Part shown: positions 9,896-19,469 of the stretch, piece by piece | Numbering within the stretch: position 1 is the stretch's first letter | Layout of the letters: each line of letters starts with the position of its first letter | Assembly: GCA_944383905.1 (NCBI GenBank) | Contig: CALWRI010000009.1 | Coordinates: 1,339-65,338 of the forward strand | Reading direction: 5' to 3' | DNA: 64,000 nucleotides | DNA from: an uncultured Christensenellaceae bacterium | GTDB lineage: Bacteria; Bacillota; Clostridia; Christensenellales; UBA3700 | Translations under genes and position numbers: made by a program | The notes under the pieces: model-generated | Told to the model about the DNA's origin: nothing | The model's input: only the letters and a program-made list of their open reading frames with translations | The model's database searches: none

Positions 9896-9923
9896 TTAAA
9901 AGTAAAGCGCAAAGGAGAAAAGT

Positions 9924-10376
9924 ATGTCGTACATAATAAGCAACACGGGGCAGATATGGAGATGCGGCAATCTTTACCGCACGGCGAGGTACGGGGAGCT
10001 GGGGCTGGGCAGCTATCAGGATTCTTATATCGTCAACGTATGCGCACATCCCGGCATAACGCAGGAGGGGCTTTCGAGACTTATCTTCGTGCACAAGAGC
10101 AACGTGGCGCGTCAGCTCGGGTCTCTCGAAGAAAAGGGGTTCGTCAGGAGGGAGACCGATCCTGCGGACAAGCGCAACACGCTCGTATATCCGACGCAAA
10201 AGGCGGTCGAGGCGCTCGGCGTGATAGAGAAGGTCAACGGCGAATGGAGAGATCTTTTGCTTGAAGGGCTTTCGGAGAAAGAAAGAGAGGCGGCGGAAAA
10301 ATACGCCGCGTTGATAGCGGAAAACGCAAGGAAGATCCTGGAAAGAGAGGAGAAAAAACCGGAGGAGACAAGATGA
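9924..10376 (+). CDS. MarR family transcriptional regulator
   Basis: PGITQEGLSRLIFVHKSNVARQLGSLEEKGFVRRETDPADKRN winged helix. Confidence 0.9.
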   Translation: MSYIISNTGQIWRCGNLYRTARYGELGLGSYQDSYIVNVCAHPGITQEGLSRLIFVHKSNVARQLGSLEEKGFVRRETDPADKRNTLVYPTQKAVEALGVIEKVNGEWRDLLLEGLSEKEREAAEKYAALIAENARKILEREEKKPEETR

Positions 10377-12091
10377 AAAGTCTCGGCGGATATTTGTCGG
10401 TACACAGAAAACGTATGGCGGCGGGGCTGGCGATAAAGTCGCTCGGCACCGTGGCGGAGCTGTTTCTGCCGATGATAATGGCGTATATGATCGACGAGGT
10501 CGCGCCGACGGGCAGCGTACTCGCGCTCTCGCTCTGGGGCGTGGCGATGCTCGTTTTCGCCGTAGTCGCGTGGAGCGGCAACGTAATCGCCAACCGTATG
10601 GCTTCGCGCGTCGCGAGGGATACGACGGAGAAGATCAGAAACGATCTGTTTTCGTCCACGCTGTATCTTTCCGCGCGTCAGACCGACGAAGTGACCGTGC
10701 CTTCGCTCGTGTCGCGTCTCTCGTCCGACACTTACAACGTGCACAACATGATAGGCATGATACAGAGGCTGGGGGTGCGCGTTCCGATACTGCTCGTCGG
10801 CGGCGTCGCGCTCACTTTCAGCGTCGAGCCGGTGCTCGCGCTCGTACTGCTCGCGGTCGTGCCCTTTCTTACGGTCATAGTCATCGTGGTTTCGTCCAAG
10901 GGCATAACGCTTTATACCGATCTTCAGCGCGCGGTGGACACGATGGTCCGCAAGGTGCGCGACGATTACACGGGCATACGGGTGATAAAGGCGCTTTCGC
11001 GCACGGAATACGAAAAAGAGGGCTTCGGCAGGATAAACGACGACGTCGTCGCCAAGGAGACGAAGGCAGGCGTCACTATAAGCGCGACCAATCCCGTTAT
11101 GAACGCGGTGCTCAACCTGGGTATGACGGTAGTCGTGCTCGTCGGCGCGTACAGGGTGGACAAGGGGCTTGCGCAGGTCGGCGAGATAATCGCGTTCACG
11201 TCCTATTTCACGATAATCCTCAACGCGGTCATATCGATAAGCAGGATATTCGTCAACGTCAGCAAGGGTTCGGCTTCGGCAAAACGTATATGCGCGGTGC
11301 TCAATATGCCCGACGAGCTTGTCACTGACGAGGCTTTTGCGGGCGAGGAAGGCGAAAAGGGAAGCGTGAAATTTGAAAACGTGACCTTCTCGTACGACGG
11401 AGCGCCGGCGCTCAAAAACGTGAATTTCGAGATAGGAAGAGGAGAAACGCTTGGCGTTATAGGGGCAACGGGCAGCGGCAAGACGACTCTCGTCGCGCTG
11501 TTGCTGCGTTTTTACGACGCGGACAAGGGCAGGGTGCTCGTGGACGGCGTCGACGTCAGGGGATACGACGAAAAGAAGCTGCGGGCAAAATTCGGCGTGG
11601 TACTGCAAAACGACTTTCTTATGGCGGCGAGCGTATCCGAAAACGTGAAATTCGACAGGGAAATATCGGACGAGGATATGAAAAGGGCGGCGAAAAACGC
11701 GAAGGCGGCGCCCTTCGTCGAAGCGCTCGGAGACGGCTATGACAGTATGCTCACGGTGCGCGGCGCCAATTTCAGCGGCGGGCAGAAGCAGAGGATGCTC
11801 ATAGCGCGCGCCCTTGCGGGCGACCCCGAGATACTCGTGCTCGACGATTCGTCCAGCGCGCTCGACTACAAGACGGACGCGCAGTTGAGGGCAACGCTCG
11901 AAAAGGAGTATCCCGATACGACCAAGATAATCATTGCGCAGAGGATAAGCTCCGTCCGTTTTGCGGACAAGATACTCGTGCTCGAGAGGGGAGAGGCGGC
12001 GGGCTTCGGCGACGACGCGACCCTGATGAAGACCTGCGAGGCTTACAGGCGGATATACGATTCTCAACACGAAGGGGGTGACGGACGGTGA
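10373..12091 (+). CDS. ABC exporter subunit (TMD-NBD) carrying the non-canonical catalytic residues of a heterodimer
   Basis: TM domain plus GATGSGKT, FSGGQKQR; Walker B LDDSSS (Asp for Glu) and AQR (Gln for His switch). Confidence 0.9.
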   Translation: MKSLGGYLSVHRKRMAAGLAIKSLGTVAELFLPMIMAYMIDEVAPTGSVLALSLWGVAMLVFAVVAWSGNVIANRMASRVARDTTEKIRNDLFSSTLYLSARQTDEVTVPSLVSRLSSDTYNVHNMIGMIQRLGVRVPILLVGGVALTFSVEPVLALVLLAVVPFLTVIVIVVSSKGITLYTDLQRAVDTMVRKVRDDYTGIRVIKALSRTEYEKEGFGRINDDVVAKETKAGVTISATNPVMNAVLNLGMTVVVLVGAYRVDKGLAQVGEIIAFTSYFTIILNAVISISRIFVNVSKGSASAKRICAVLNMPDELVTDEAFAGEEGEKGSVKFENVTFSYDGAPALKNVNFEIGRGETLGVIGATGSGKTTLVALLLRFYDADKGRVLVDGVDVRGYDEKKLRAKFGVVLQNDFLMAASVSENVKFDREISDEDMKRAAKNAKAAPFVEALGDGYDSMLTVRGANFSGGQKQRMLIARALAGDPEILVLDDSSSALDYKTDAQLRATLEKEYPDTTKIIIAQRISSVRFADKILVLERGEAAGFGDDATLMKTCEAYRRIYDSQHEGGDGR

Positions 12092-13845
12092 AAGACGACG
12101 GGATAGCAAAGTCGGATCGCCGCGCCGTCGCGGTCAGACTCGCAAAATATTTCATGCGCTACAAGTTCAGCGTGCTGTTCGCGTTCTTCCTTATGCTGGG
12201 CAGCAACCTGTTCGCGCTTCTCGGTCCGCTCCTTACCGGCAAAGCGATAAACGCGATAGACCTCGAGGAGGGCGTAGACTTTGCCGCTGTGACGCAATAC
12301 TGCATACTCATGGCTGTGTTTTACGTCGTGTCGAGTGTGCTGTCTTATATACTTTCGGTCGTCATGATAAAGTTGAGTCAGAAGATCGTCAAGAGTATGA
12401 GAAAGGATCTGTTCGACAAGATCCTCTCGCTTCCCGTCGGTTATCTCGACAAAATGCAGGCGGGCGATCTGATCAACCGCATATCTTACGATATAGATAC
12501 CGTCAACGCGTCTCTGTCCAACGATATATTGCAGGCGGCGACGGGCGTCGTAACCGTCATAGGCGCGTTGATAGGTATGCTGGCGATCTCGCCCGCGCTG
12601 TTCGGCGTATTTGCGATCACGATACCTCTTTCGATATTCATTACCGTGCAGAGGAGCAGGCAGGTCAGACCCCTTTTCCGCAAGAGATCGGGCAAGCTCG
12701 CGCAGCTCAACGGGTTCTCGGAAGAAATGATCTCGGGAATAAAGACGATAAAGGCGTACGGCAGAGAGGACAAGATAATCGGGCGCTTCGCGCAGAGGAA
12801 CAAGGACGCCGTCGACGCGTATTACGCGGCGGATTATTACGGCAGTCTGATCGGACCTTCGGTCAACTTCGTCAACAATCTGGGCACGGTGCTCATAAGC
12901 ACCGCGGGGTCGCTTATGTATCTTTACGGAATGATAATGCTGGGCGACATATCCTCGTTTCTTCTGTACGCGAGAAAGTTCTCGGGACCGATAAACGAAT
13001 ATGCCAACATAATGAGCGAGATACAATCCGCGCTCGCGGCGGCGGAAAGAGTTTTCAGGCTGCTCGACGAGCTGCCGGAAGGCGCGACCGACAACGCGGA
13101 GACGTCTCTCGAGGATCCCGTCGGCGACGTCGCGTTTGAGCACGTCCGCTTCGGGTACGATCCCGAAAAGGTGATAATAAAAGACCTGTCCTTTGAGGCA
13201 AAGGCGGGGCAGACCGTCGCGATAGTCGGACCTACGGGCGCCGGCAAGACGACTCTCGTCAACCTTCTCATGCGTTTTTACGACCCGCAGGACGGCAGGA
13301 TCACTCTTGACGGCAGAGACACGAGAGAATACACGAGAGACAGCCTGCGCGCCGCGTTTTCGATGGTACTTCAGGACACATGGCTTTTTGAAGGCACCGT
13401 CAGGGAGAATATAGCATACGGCAAGGTCGGCGCGACGGACGAGGAGATAAGAAAGGCGGCGGCGGACGCCAATATCGCCGACTTCGTCGACGCGCTCCCG
13501 CAAGGGTACGACACGAGGGTTACGGACGGGGGCGTAAATCTTTCCAAAGGGCAGAAACAGCTGATGACGATAGCCCGCGCCATGCTGTCGCCCGCGCATC
13601 TGCTGATACTTGACGAGGCGACATCCAACGTCGACACGCGTACGGAGCTGATGATACGCGACGCGATGAACAGACTGATGAAAGGCAAGACGTGTTTCGT
13701 GATCGCGCACAGACTTTCGACGATAAGAAACGCCGATCTGATACTCGTCGTCAAGGACGGAGACATCGTCGAGAGGGGAAGACACGAGGAGCTGCTCGCA
13801 AAAGGCGGGTTTTACAGCGAGATATACAACGCGCAGTTCGAGTAA
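12088..13845 (+). CDS. ABC exporter subunit (TMD-NBD) with canonical catalytic residues
   Basis: GPTGAGKT, LSKGQKQ, LILDEATSNVD, AHRL; GTG start overlaps the upstream stop. Confidence 0.9.
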   Translation: MKDDGIAKSDRRAVAVRLAKYFMRYKFSVLFAFFLMLGSNLFALLGPLLTGKAINAIDLEEGVDFAAVTQYCILMAVFYVVSSVLSYILSVVMIKLSQKIVKSMRKDLFDKILSLPVGYLDKMQAGDLINRISYDIDTVNASLSNDILQAATGVVTVIGALIGMLAISPALFGVFAITIPLSIFITVQRSRQVRPLFRKRSGKLAQLNGFSEEMISGIKTIKAYGREDKIIGRFAQRNKDAVDAYYAADYYGSLIGPSVNFVNNLGTVLISTAGSLMYLYGMIMLGDISSFLLYARKFSGPINEYANIMSEIQSALAAAERVFRLLDELPEGATDNAETSLEDPVGDVAFEHVRFGYDPEKVIIKDLSFEAKAGQTVAIVGPTGAGKTTLVNLLMRFYDPQDGRITLDGRDTREYTRDSLRAAFSMVLQDTWLFEGTVRENIAYGKVGATDEEIRKAAADANIADFVDALPQGYDTRVTDGGVNLSKGQKQLMTIARAMLSPAHLLILDEATSNVDTRTELMIRDAMNRLMKGKTCFVIAHRLSTIRNADLILVVKDGDIVERGRHEELLAKGGFYSEIYNAQFE

Positions 13846-13905
13846 AAACGCCTGTCCGCGGGAGAAAAGGCGAAGACGGGCAGGACCGTCGATCGCAAAA
13901 GAAAG

Positions 13906-13930
13906 ACGCGTCCCGATCGGGACGCGTTTT
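13906..13930. terminator. Bidirectional terminator
   Basis: Perfect palindrome ACGCGTCCCGATCGGGACGCGT flanked by A and T runs between convergent genes. Confidence 0.75.
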
Positions 13931-14451
13931 CACAGTCTTTTTTCAAACAAAAAATATTCCTGCATGCCCGGCAGGTCTTTTTCTTCTTCGGGCACGACGT
14001 AATCGGGATCGACGTGTTTTTCGTTGAAGAATTCGACGACGCTGAATCCGCATTTGTTGACGTAAAAATTCACGTTGCGCTTTTCAAAGTACGGCGTGAC
14101 GGTGCGCCACACCTTTACTGAGGGATATGTCTTTTCTATGAGTTGCCAGGCATTCAGACCTATGCCGAGGTTGTGAAATTCGGGAAGAACGAAGAACAGT
14201 TCGAGAGAGCCTTCGTCCTTTCCGTTCGTGCTCACCACCGCGCCGCCCGCGTATTCGCCGTCGCAGAAAATGCGGTAAGTATCGGCTTTTTCGTCTTCGA
14301 TGCTTTCGGTTACGGTTCTTGTGCACGGCACCGGACTGCCTTTGAAGTCGGGAAAAGTTTCTTTTACCGCGACGCCGAAAGAGCGTTGCAGGTCTTTTAC
14401 GAACCCGTCCGTTTCTTCTTTGCGTAGAGGCGACAGAGTTATTCCTTTCAT
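13930..14451 (-). CDS. GNAT family N-acetyltransferase
   Basis: Start moved to ATG14451 (RBS GGAG). LELFFVLPEFHNLGIGLNAW, TPYFEKRNVNFYVNKCGF. Confidence 0.85.
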   Translation of the reverse strand: MKGITLSPLRKEETDGFVKDLQRSFGVAVKETFPDFKGSPVPCTRTVTESIEDEKADTYRIFCDGEYAGGAVVSTNGKDEGSLELFFVLPEFHNLGIGLNAWQLIEKTYPSVKVWRTVTPYFEKRNVNFYVNKCGFSVVEFFNEKHVDPDYVVPEEEKDLPGMQEYFLFEKRL

Positions 14452-14573
14452 ATTTTCTCCTTGACAGTCGTATATTTTGCGTTTGCCCACAGGTGCTCGC
14501 CGGATACTCGCAGGATATATATTGATTATAAAATGTTGCGCGATGTTTTTCAACATATAAAGAGGATGTAGGT

Positions 14574-14602
14574 TTGACATATTTCAAAACCGATGGTAGA
14601 AT
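14574..14602 (+). promoter_or_regulatory. SigA promoter (extended -10)
   Basis: TTGACA-17 bp-TAGAAT preceded by TG. Confidence 0.65.
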
Positions 14603-14636
14603 ATAAATATCAAAAAAGCAGAAACGGAGAGAGGAA

Positions 14637-15740
14637 ATGTATTTCGTAGTTAAAAATTCGTGTGCAGACGATCCCGCATGGCAGGACAAGGTAAAGAAAA
14701 ACTATATCCGCAAGGTTTCGAAAGAAAAAGGAGTGAGCTCTGCTTTCGTCAAGTGGATCTCGGACAAAAACGTAATCCACATACGCAAAAAACCGAGATA
14801 CGTCGTCGAGGAGACGTTTGACGTGACGCTTTCTTTCGACGTCGAAGTTTCGGGAGGAAAAGACCCCGGCAAGACCTCTTCAAAGAGCAGGAAGGAATAC
14901 GGTTTAACAAAGACCGTGTCCACGAAAGAGGACGGATTCGACAAGGAAGATCCGTTGCACGGGGCGGGAAAAGCAAAGGAAAACAAGGATTTGTACGCAA
15001 AGACGGACGACGAAACGGGCGAAAATTATATGAAAATTTGCAACGGTTACGAAGCCGCGGACGTCGAAAAAGTCCTGGCGGCAGCGTTGAAGCAAAAAAA
15101 ATATTTTTCGCACGAGACAGAAATTCTCCGCCGCAGTGCGCGCGAGAAAGCGGAAAGCGAAGGGATGAAGCTGTCCGAATTCGGCAATACGGGGATAAAA
15201 GTGCAACCTCGCCCAGGCAGCATGAACGTCTATATCGACTTCGATTATCAGATAGAAGTGCAGTATTACAACAAGAGTTACGTTGCGGAAGTATCCGAAA
15301 ACGGATCCGTCGGCAAAGTAGACGTTGCGCTTTCAGAAAACAACGTGAAGACTTATCAGGCAAAGCTCGAGCTTTGCAGGAACCAGAAAAAGGTCAACGT
15401 CTTTTGCTCCGCGGCGTCTGGCGCGATTGCTCTCATCATGTTTGTCTGCGCTTGCGCTTTCGGAAGAGATCTCGAAGGTTTCAGTGCGTTCAGATCGGTG
15501 CTCGGAATGCCGTTGTCGCTTTTGTCGTTGCTGTTTGTTGCTATCGACGTGGCAGCGATTTTGCTCTATGCAAAGCACGTTGACCGTATGCTCAAAAACG
15601 ACGACATAGAAAAATCGCACGTCAGAGCAAAGGCAAAATCGTGGATGAGAACGGAAAGGCTTCTGATGGTTTTTTGCGGCGCTTCGTGGACTTTCTGCGG
15701 ACTTTTCGGCGTGCTTCAGTTGATAGCGCTCGTGGTCTGA
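14637..15740 (+). CDS. Hypothetical membrane protein (soluble N-domain, three C-terminal TM helices)
   Basis: RBS GAGAGG, promoter and terminator flank it; three hydrophobic segments in the last 110 aa; no family recognised. Confidence 0.7.
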   Translation: MYFVVKNSCADDPAWQDKVKKNYIRKVSKEKGVSSAFVKWISDKNVIHIRKKPRYVVEETFDVTLSFDVEVSGGKDPGKTSSKSRKEYGLTKTVSTKEDGFDKEDPLHGAGKAKENKDLYAKTDDETGENYMKICNGYEAADVEKVLAAALKQKKYFSHETEILRRSAREKAESEGMKLSEFGNTGIKVQPRPGSMNVYIDFDYQIEVQYYNKSYVAEVSENGSVGKVDVALSENNVKTYQAKLELCRNQKKVNVFCSAASGAIALIMFVCACAFGRDLEGFSAFRSVLGMPLSLLSLLFVAIDVAAILLYAKHVDRMLKNDDIEKSHVRAKAKSWMRTERLLMVFCGASWTFCGLFGVLQLIALVV

Positions 15741-15831
15741 AAAAAGAAAAGAAAGAGATTTTCGACAAAACAGTAAAAACCGTTTCATCAACACGGGTAA
15801 AGAAAATACTGCAAAAGAACAAAAAATTTCG

Positions 15832-15866
15832 GCAAGGCGGGAGTCTGTCTCCCGTCTTGCTTTTTT
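15832..15866 (+). terminator. Intrinsic terminator
   Basis: GCAAGGCGGGAG/CTCCCGTCTTGC stem followed by T6. Confidence 0.75.
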
Positions 15867-15986
15867 CAGTCCGGAGAGCGATTCTCCGAAACGTAGACGG
15901 TCCGCGGGCGTCTTTTTTGTCAAAACTTATGGACAAGGCGGTGAAACTGTGGTACGTTTAGACGGGGTAGGCAAAAGTATATATAT

Positions 15987-16733
15987 TTGATAAGGGGGAA
16001 AACAATAAAAAACTTAAAGACTAAAATCAAAGTAATTGCTGTTCTATTGTCTTTTGCGGTAAGCATGACGTTTATAGGAAATCAAATTGTTTTCGCGCAA
16101 GAAGAAACGAATAGAACATTTTTGGAGAATTACAGTTACGAACAGAATAGACGGGCTGCCAATTCGTTGGATTCAGATGGATTACTCTTGTTCGGTATCA
16201 GCTCAAATCCTTTTTCAGGTGGAGAACATCCAGGAGAAAATAGGCAGATTTTTTGTTGTGCGCAAATTGATCCAACATTATTTTCATCCCATTATACCGA
16301 CTATATAATTATAAATTGGAACAACAGTCAATATAGATTTGTGCAAGGTAGCGAAGAAATATATGTAACGTATTATACTGATTTTTTCGGTCAAATTGGA
16401 GATGTCGAAAAAAGGCATAATTTTAATTATGTAGGAGAAGGTGTCAGATCCGTTGCGGTTGATATTGAAACTTATGTATTTGATGATTGGAAATATTCTG
16501 AAGTGACAAAAATTTTTTGTTTTATAATATTTGAATTAGAGCCGGTAAACAACCAGATACAAACAGAGATTTACGCAAATTATTTTCATGCTTCAGGGGA
16601 TGTTTCGATTACCGGCATAGGGTTTAACATTGGTGTTGGCACGGAAATAAGCGGAGGATTGAGTATTAGTTGGAATAATAATACTCAAGTAGCTCCAATA
16701 TGGGGAGAAATGGATTATATTTGGGAAGAATAA
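15987..16733 (+). CDS. AT-rich secreted hypothetical protein
   Basis: Signal peptide KIKVIAVLLSFAVSMTFIGNQIVFA|QE; visibly AT-rich codon usage. Start is ambiguous (TTG15987 or ATA16005). Confidence 0.7.
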   Translation: MIRGKTIKNLKTKIKVIAVLLSFAVSMTFIGNQIVFAQEETNRTFLENYSYEQNRRAANSLDSDGLLLFGISSNPFSGGEHPGENRQIFCCAQIDPTLFSSHYTDYIIINWNNSQYRFVQGSEEIYVTYYTDFFGQIGDVEKRHNFNYVGEGVRSVAVDIETYVFDDWKYSEVTKIFCFIIFELEPVNNQIQTEIYANYFHASGDVSITGIGFNIGVGTEISGGLSISWNNNTQVAPIWGEMDYIWEE

Positions 16734-16774
16734 AAAAGATTGAACAAATATAAATATTTAATTGGGGGAAAACT

Positions 16775-19279
16775 ATGCTTGTCAGGCTCGAAGGGATCTC
16801 AAAGGTTTACCGGATGCGAAATTCCACGGTAAAAGCTCTCGACAAAGTGGACCTTGCTTTTGAAGGCGCGGGGCTCGTCCTGATCACGGGAGAAAACGGC
16901 TGCGGAAAGTCCACGCTTCTCAACATAATAGGTGGACTCGACAAGCCGACGGAAGGAAAGGTTTCCGTATTCGGGACGGACGAAAAAGCCGATTTGCAGT
17001 CGAGGGCGGAGAATACGAGTTATATTTTTCAGACGGCAAATCTGATTGACACTCTCACCGTAAAACAGAATATAGAAGTCGTTGCCGACAAAGACGCGGA
17101 CGTCAATGCCGCGTTGCAGAAGGTCGGGATCTCGGACCTCGCGGGCAGGATGCCTTACGAGCTGTCGGTCGGGCAACAACAAAGGGTCTGTATTGCAAGG
17201 GCGATAGCAAAAAAAGACGTGATTCTACTTGCCGACGAACCCACGAGCAGTCTTGATCCCGAAATGAGAAAGGAGATCGCGGCGTTTCTTACGGAGCTTG
17301 CACGGGACAGGCTTGTCATCGTGGTCACCCATTATCCCGAGGATTTCGAAAACATAGACAGGCGTATAGTCATGAGCGCGGGAAAGATCGCTTCAGACGA
17401 AACGTTCAACGCCCCGAGGGAATACGCAGAGGAAAAGAACTGCAAGAGCAAAGGGACAAAAGCGCTCTTTCAAAGCACGTTTACAAGGACAAGGAAGCAC
17501 GCTTTCAGATTTATCGTGAATCTACTTATGCTGTTTGTAGGCATAGCGTGTATTGTGGTAAACGAGAGCGTTTTCTCGTTTTACGAAGATGACAACGATT
17601 CTTGGAGGCAGGTGCTCGCAAACGACGAAGCGCTGGTTACGTCGGACGATTTTTCCGCGTTGGGAGCAAAAGTCAGACAGATTTACGGAAACTATTTATG
17701 GTATGATTTTCCCGAAAAGATAAGAAACGGATATACTTCCGATTACTCTACGATGCAATCCGACTATTACGGAGTGAGCTTCTTGTATACGCCGTATTTT
17801 ATGGACTCGCAGGACATCGGGGGCAAAAAGCTCGTTGCGGGCAGGATGCCGCAGGCAGACGACGAAGTCGTGATCAACAAATATCTCGCAGATATGTACA
17901 TTGAGTTTTATGAGAAAGTGGATCTGACTTCTTACGGCGACGTCATAGAAAAAGCGGTGCTCACAGGTTTCGATTACGGTCTGTCCGTTCAACAGAACCC
18001 CGTGTTCAGGATAGTGGGTATAACCGACGACGATCTGTCGGGTTTCTATCCGCTCAAAGAAAAGCTCAGCGACTATAATACCGTCGTTGCTACTGCGGAC
18101 AAAAACGCGGACGACGACACGGTATCTCTTTTCAACGAAATGGTCGAGTGGCTGAAGATTGGCGGCGGCGCCGTCTATGCGATCGACTGCGGGTCGTCTC
18201 ACAAAGCCGTAAACGATTATTTCAACGGGGAAGTCGATTGGGCAACCGCGAAAAAAGATCAGAGTGCCGAAAGCGGCAGCGGAATAATCAACTACGATTA
18301 CGGTTACGATTGGCTCAAGGATGTGAAAATATACGGCGACCTTGAGGGGGCGGTCGTCAATTTTGACACGATTTCTCCTTTGTCTTACAAAGAATTATGC
18401 GAAAAATACACAGATCCTGCGGATATCGAAAGGGAGATAGCCTACGTTCTGGAAAAGAACGAAGGCAGGAAGCTGTATTTTTCGATGGATTATGTCGCAA
18501 TGCAGAAGAATTCGGGCGGAGTGAACGAGATCATTGTGGGCAGAGACCCTTTCAAAAACGTATATTATTTCTCTGTAGAGCTTCCCATTACCGGGGTGTA
18601 CGTCGCGTCTTCGGAAGATTTTTCGTCGGGCGGGCTGTTCGTTCACGGTGAAGGAAGCGTGAGATCGTCCGTTGCGCTTGTCGGAGAGGAAAATTACGAG
18701 ACTTTGAATTTCTTTTACAATTCGCCTCCCGGCTGCGGGCTTGGAATGCTTGACGTCAGCGGTCTGAAAAACTCAAAAGAGGTATACGAAAAGATCGTCA
18801 CGAACAAGCACGTTGCGCAGCTTGAATATCTCGGACAATATCTGATCGAGGCGAAGAGGAGCGATATCTCCGTCGTAAACATCGTGGCGCTTGCGATAGG
18901 GGCGGCAATGCTGTTGTTCGCGACGATATTTATCCTTTACAGCGTGTCGCAGTATTTCAAACAACATTCAGGAGATCTCGGCATATTGATGAGTCTCGGA
19001 AAAGGAAAGAGGTATTGCGGTATGTTCATGCTGGGAGAGTATCTGTTTATGGCGGCAATAGCGTTGTTGCTTGCGGTGCCGACGCTTTTCGTCGTGCCGG
19101 AGATACTCAATTCGTTCATATCGGGAGTGTGCATAAAAGTGCAGTTGTTTATGGCTTCAGGCATGGCTTTTGTGTATATTCTCGCCTATTTTGCGGCGGT
19201 ATTCCTTTTCGCCGTCTGCGGCGTGGCGACGGGGATGAGGAGAAAAACTCCGATAGAGAGGATAAAAGAGCGGACCTGA
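16775..19279 (+). CDS. Fused ABC ATPase/FtsX-MacB-type permease
   Basis: GENGCGKST, LSVGQQQR, LLADEPTSSLD, VTH; one TM helix, large extracellular domain (GRMPQADDEVVIN), three C-terminal TM helices. Confidence 0.85.
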   Translation: MLVRLEGISKVYRMRNSTVKALDKVDLAFEGAGLVLITGENGCGKSTLLNIIGGLDKPTEGKVSVFGTDEKADLQSRAENTSYIFQTANLIDTLTVKQNIEVVADKDADVNAALQKVGISDLAGRMPYELSVGQQQRVCIARAIAKKDVILLADEPTSSLDPEMRKEIAAFLTELARDRLVIVVTHYPEDFENIDRRIVMSAGKIASDETFNAPREYAEEKNCKSKGTKALFQSTFTRTRKHAFRFIVNLLMLFVGIACIVVNESVFSFYEDDNDSWRQVLANDEALVTSDDFSALGAKVRQIYGNYLWYDFPEKIRNGYTSDYSTMQSDYYGVSFLYTPYFMDSQDIGGKKLVAGRMPQADDEVVINKYLADMYIEFYEKVDLTSYGDVIEKAVLTGFDYGLSVQQNPVFRIVGITDDDLSGFYPLKEKLSDYNTVVATADKNADDDTVSLFNEMVEWLKIGGGAVYAIDCGSSHKAVNDYFNGEVDWATAKKDQSAESGSGIINYDYGYDWLKDVKIYGDLEGAVVNFDTISPLSYKELCEKYTDPADIEREIAYVLEKNEGRKLYFSMDYVAMQKNSGGVNEIIVGRDPFKNVYYFSVELPITGVYVASSEDFSSGGLFVHGEGSVRSSVALVGEENYETLNFFYNSPPGCGLGMLDVSGLKNSKEVYEKIVTNKHVAQLEYLGQYLIEAKRSDISVVNIVALAIGAAMLLFATIFILYSVSQYFKQHSGDLGILMSLGKGKRYCGMFMLGEYLFMAAIALLLAVPTLFVVPEILNSFISGVCIKVQLFMASGMAFVYILAYFAAVFLFAVCGVATGMRRKTPIERIKERT

Positions 19280-19293
19280 CGGGCGATAAGGAG

Positions 19294-19319
19294 CGGGGAG
19301 AAACTTTCTCCCCGTTTTC
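19294..19319 (+). terminator. Intrinsic terminator
   Basis: CGGGGAGAA/TTCTCCCCG stem with T-run. Confidence 0.65.
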
Positions 19320-19382
19320 ATTGTCTTTTTCGACGGCGGTTTCGTGCAATCCGGCGCGACAGACGCGTATATTAAATACGCG

Positions 19383-19411
19383 TTGACATTATACGAAATA
19401 AAATGTATAAT
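19383..19411 (+). promoter_or_regulatory. Consensus SigA promoter
   Basis: TTGACA-17 bp-TATAAT upstream of the 19470 gene. Confidence 0.75.
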
Positions 19412-19469
19412 TGTTTTATAGCGTTGATACAAAAAAACCGTTATCGCGCTTGTTAATACGGAGGAATTT

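Noticed and set aside
19431-19458. AAAAAAAC-N11-TTGTTAATA resembling the ECF promoter motif at 25905/28129
   Set aside because: Spacing and sequence differ, it abuts the RBS, and a perfect SigA promoter just upstream already explains transcription
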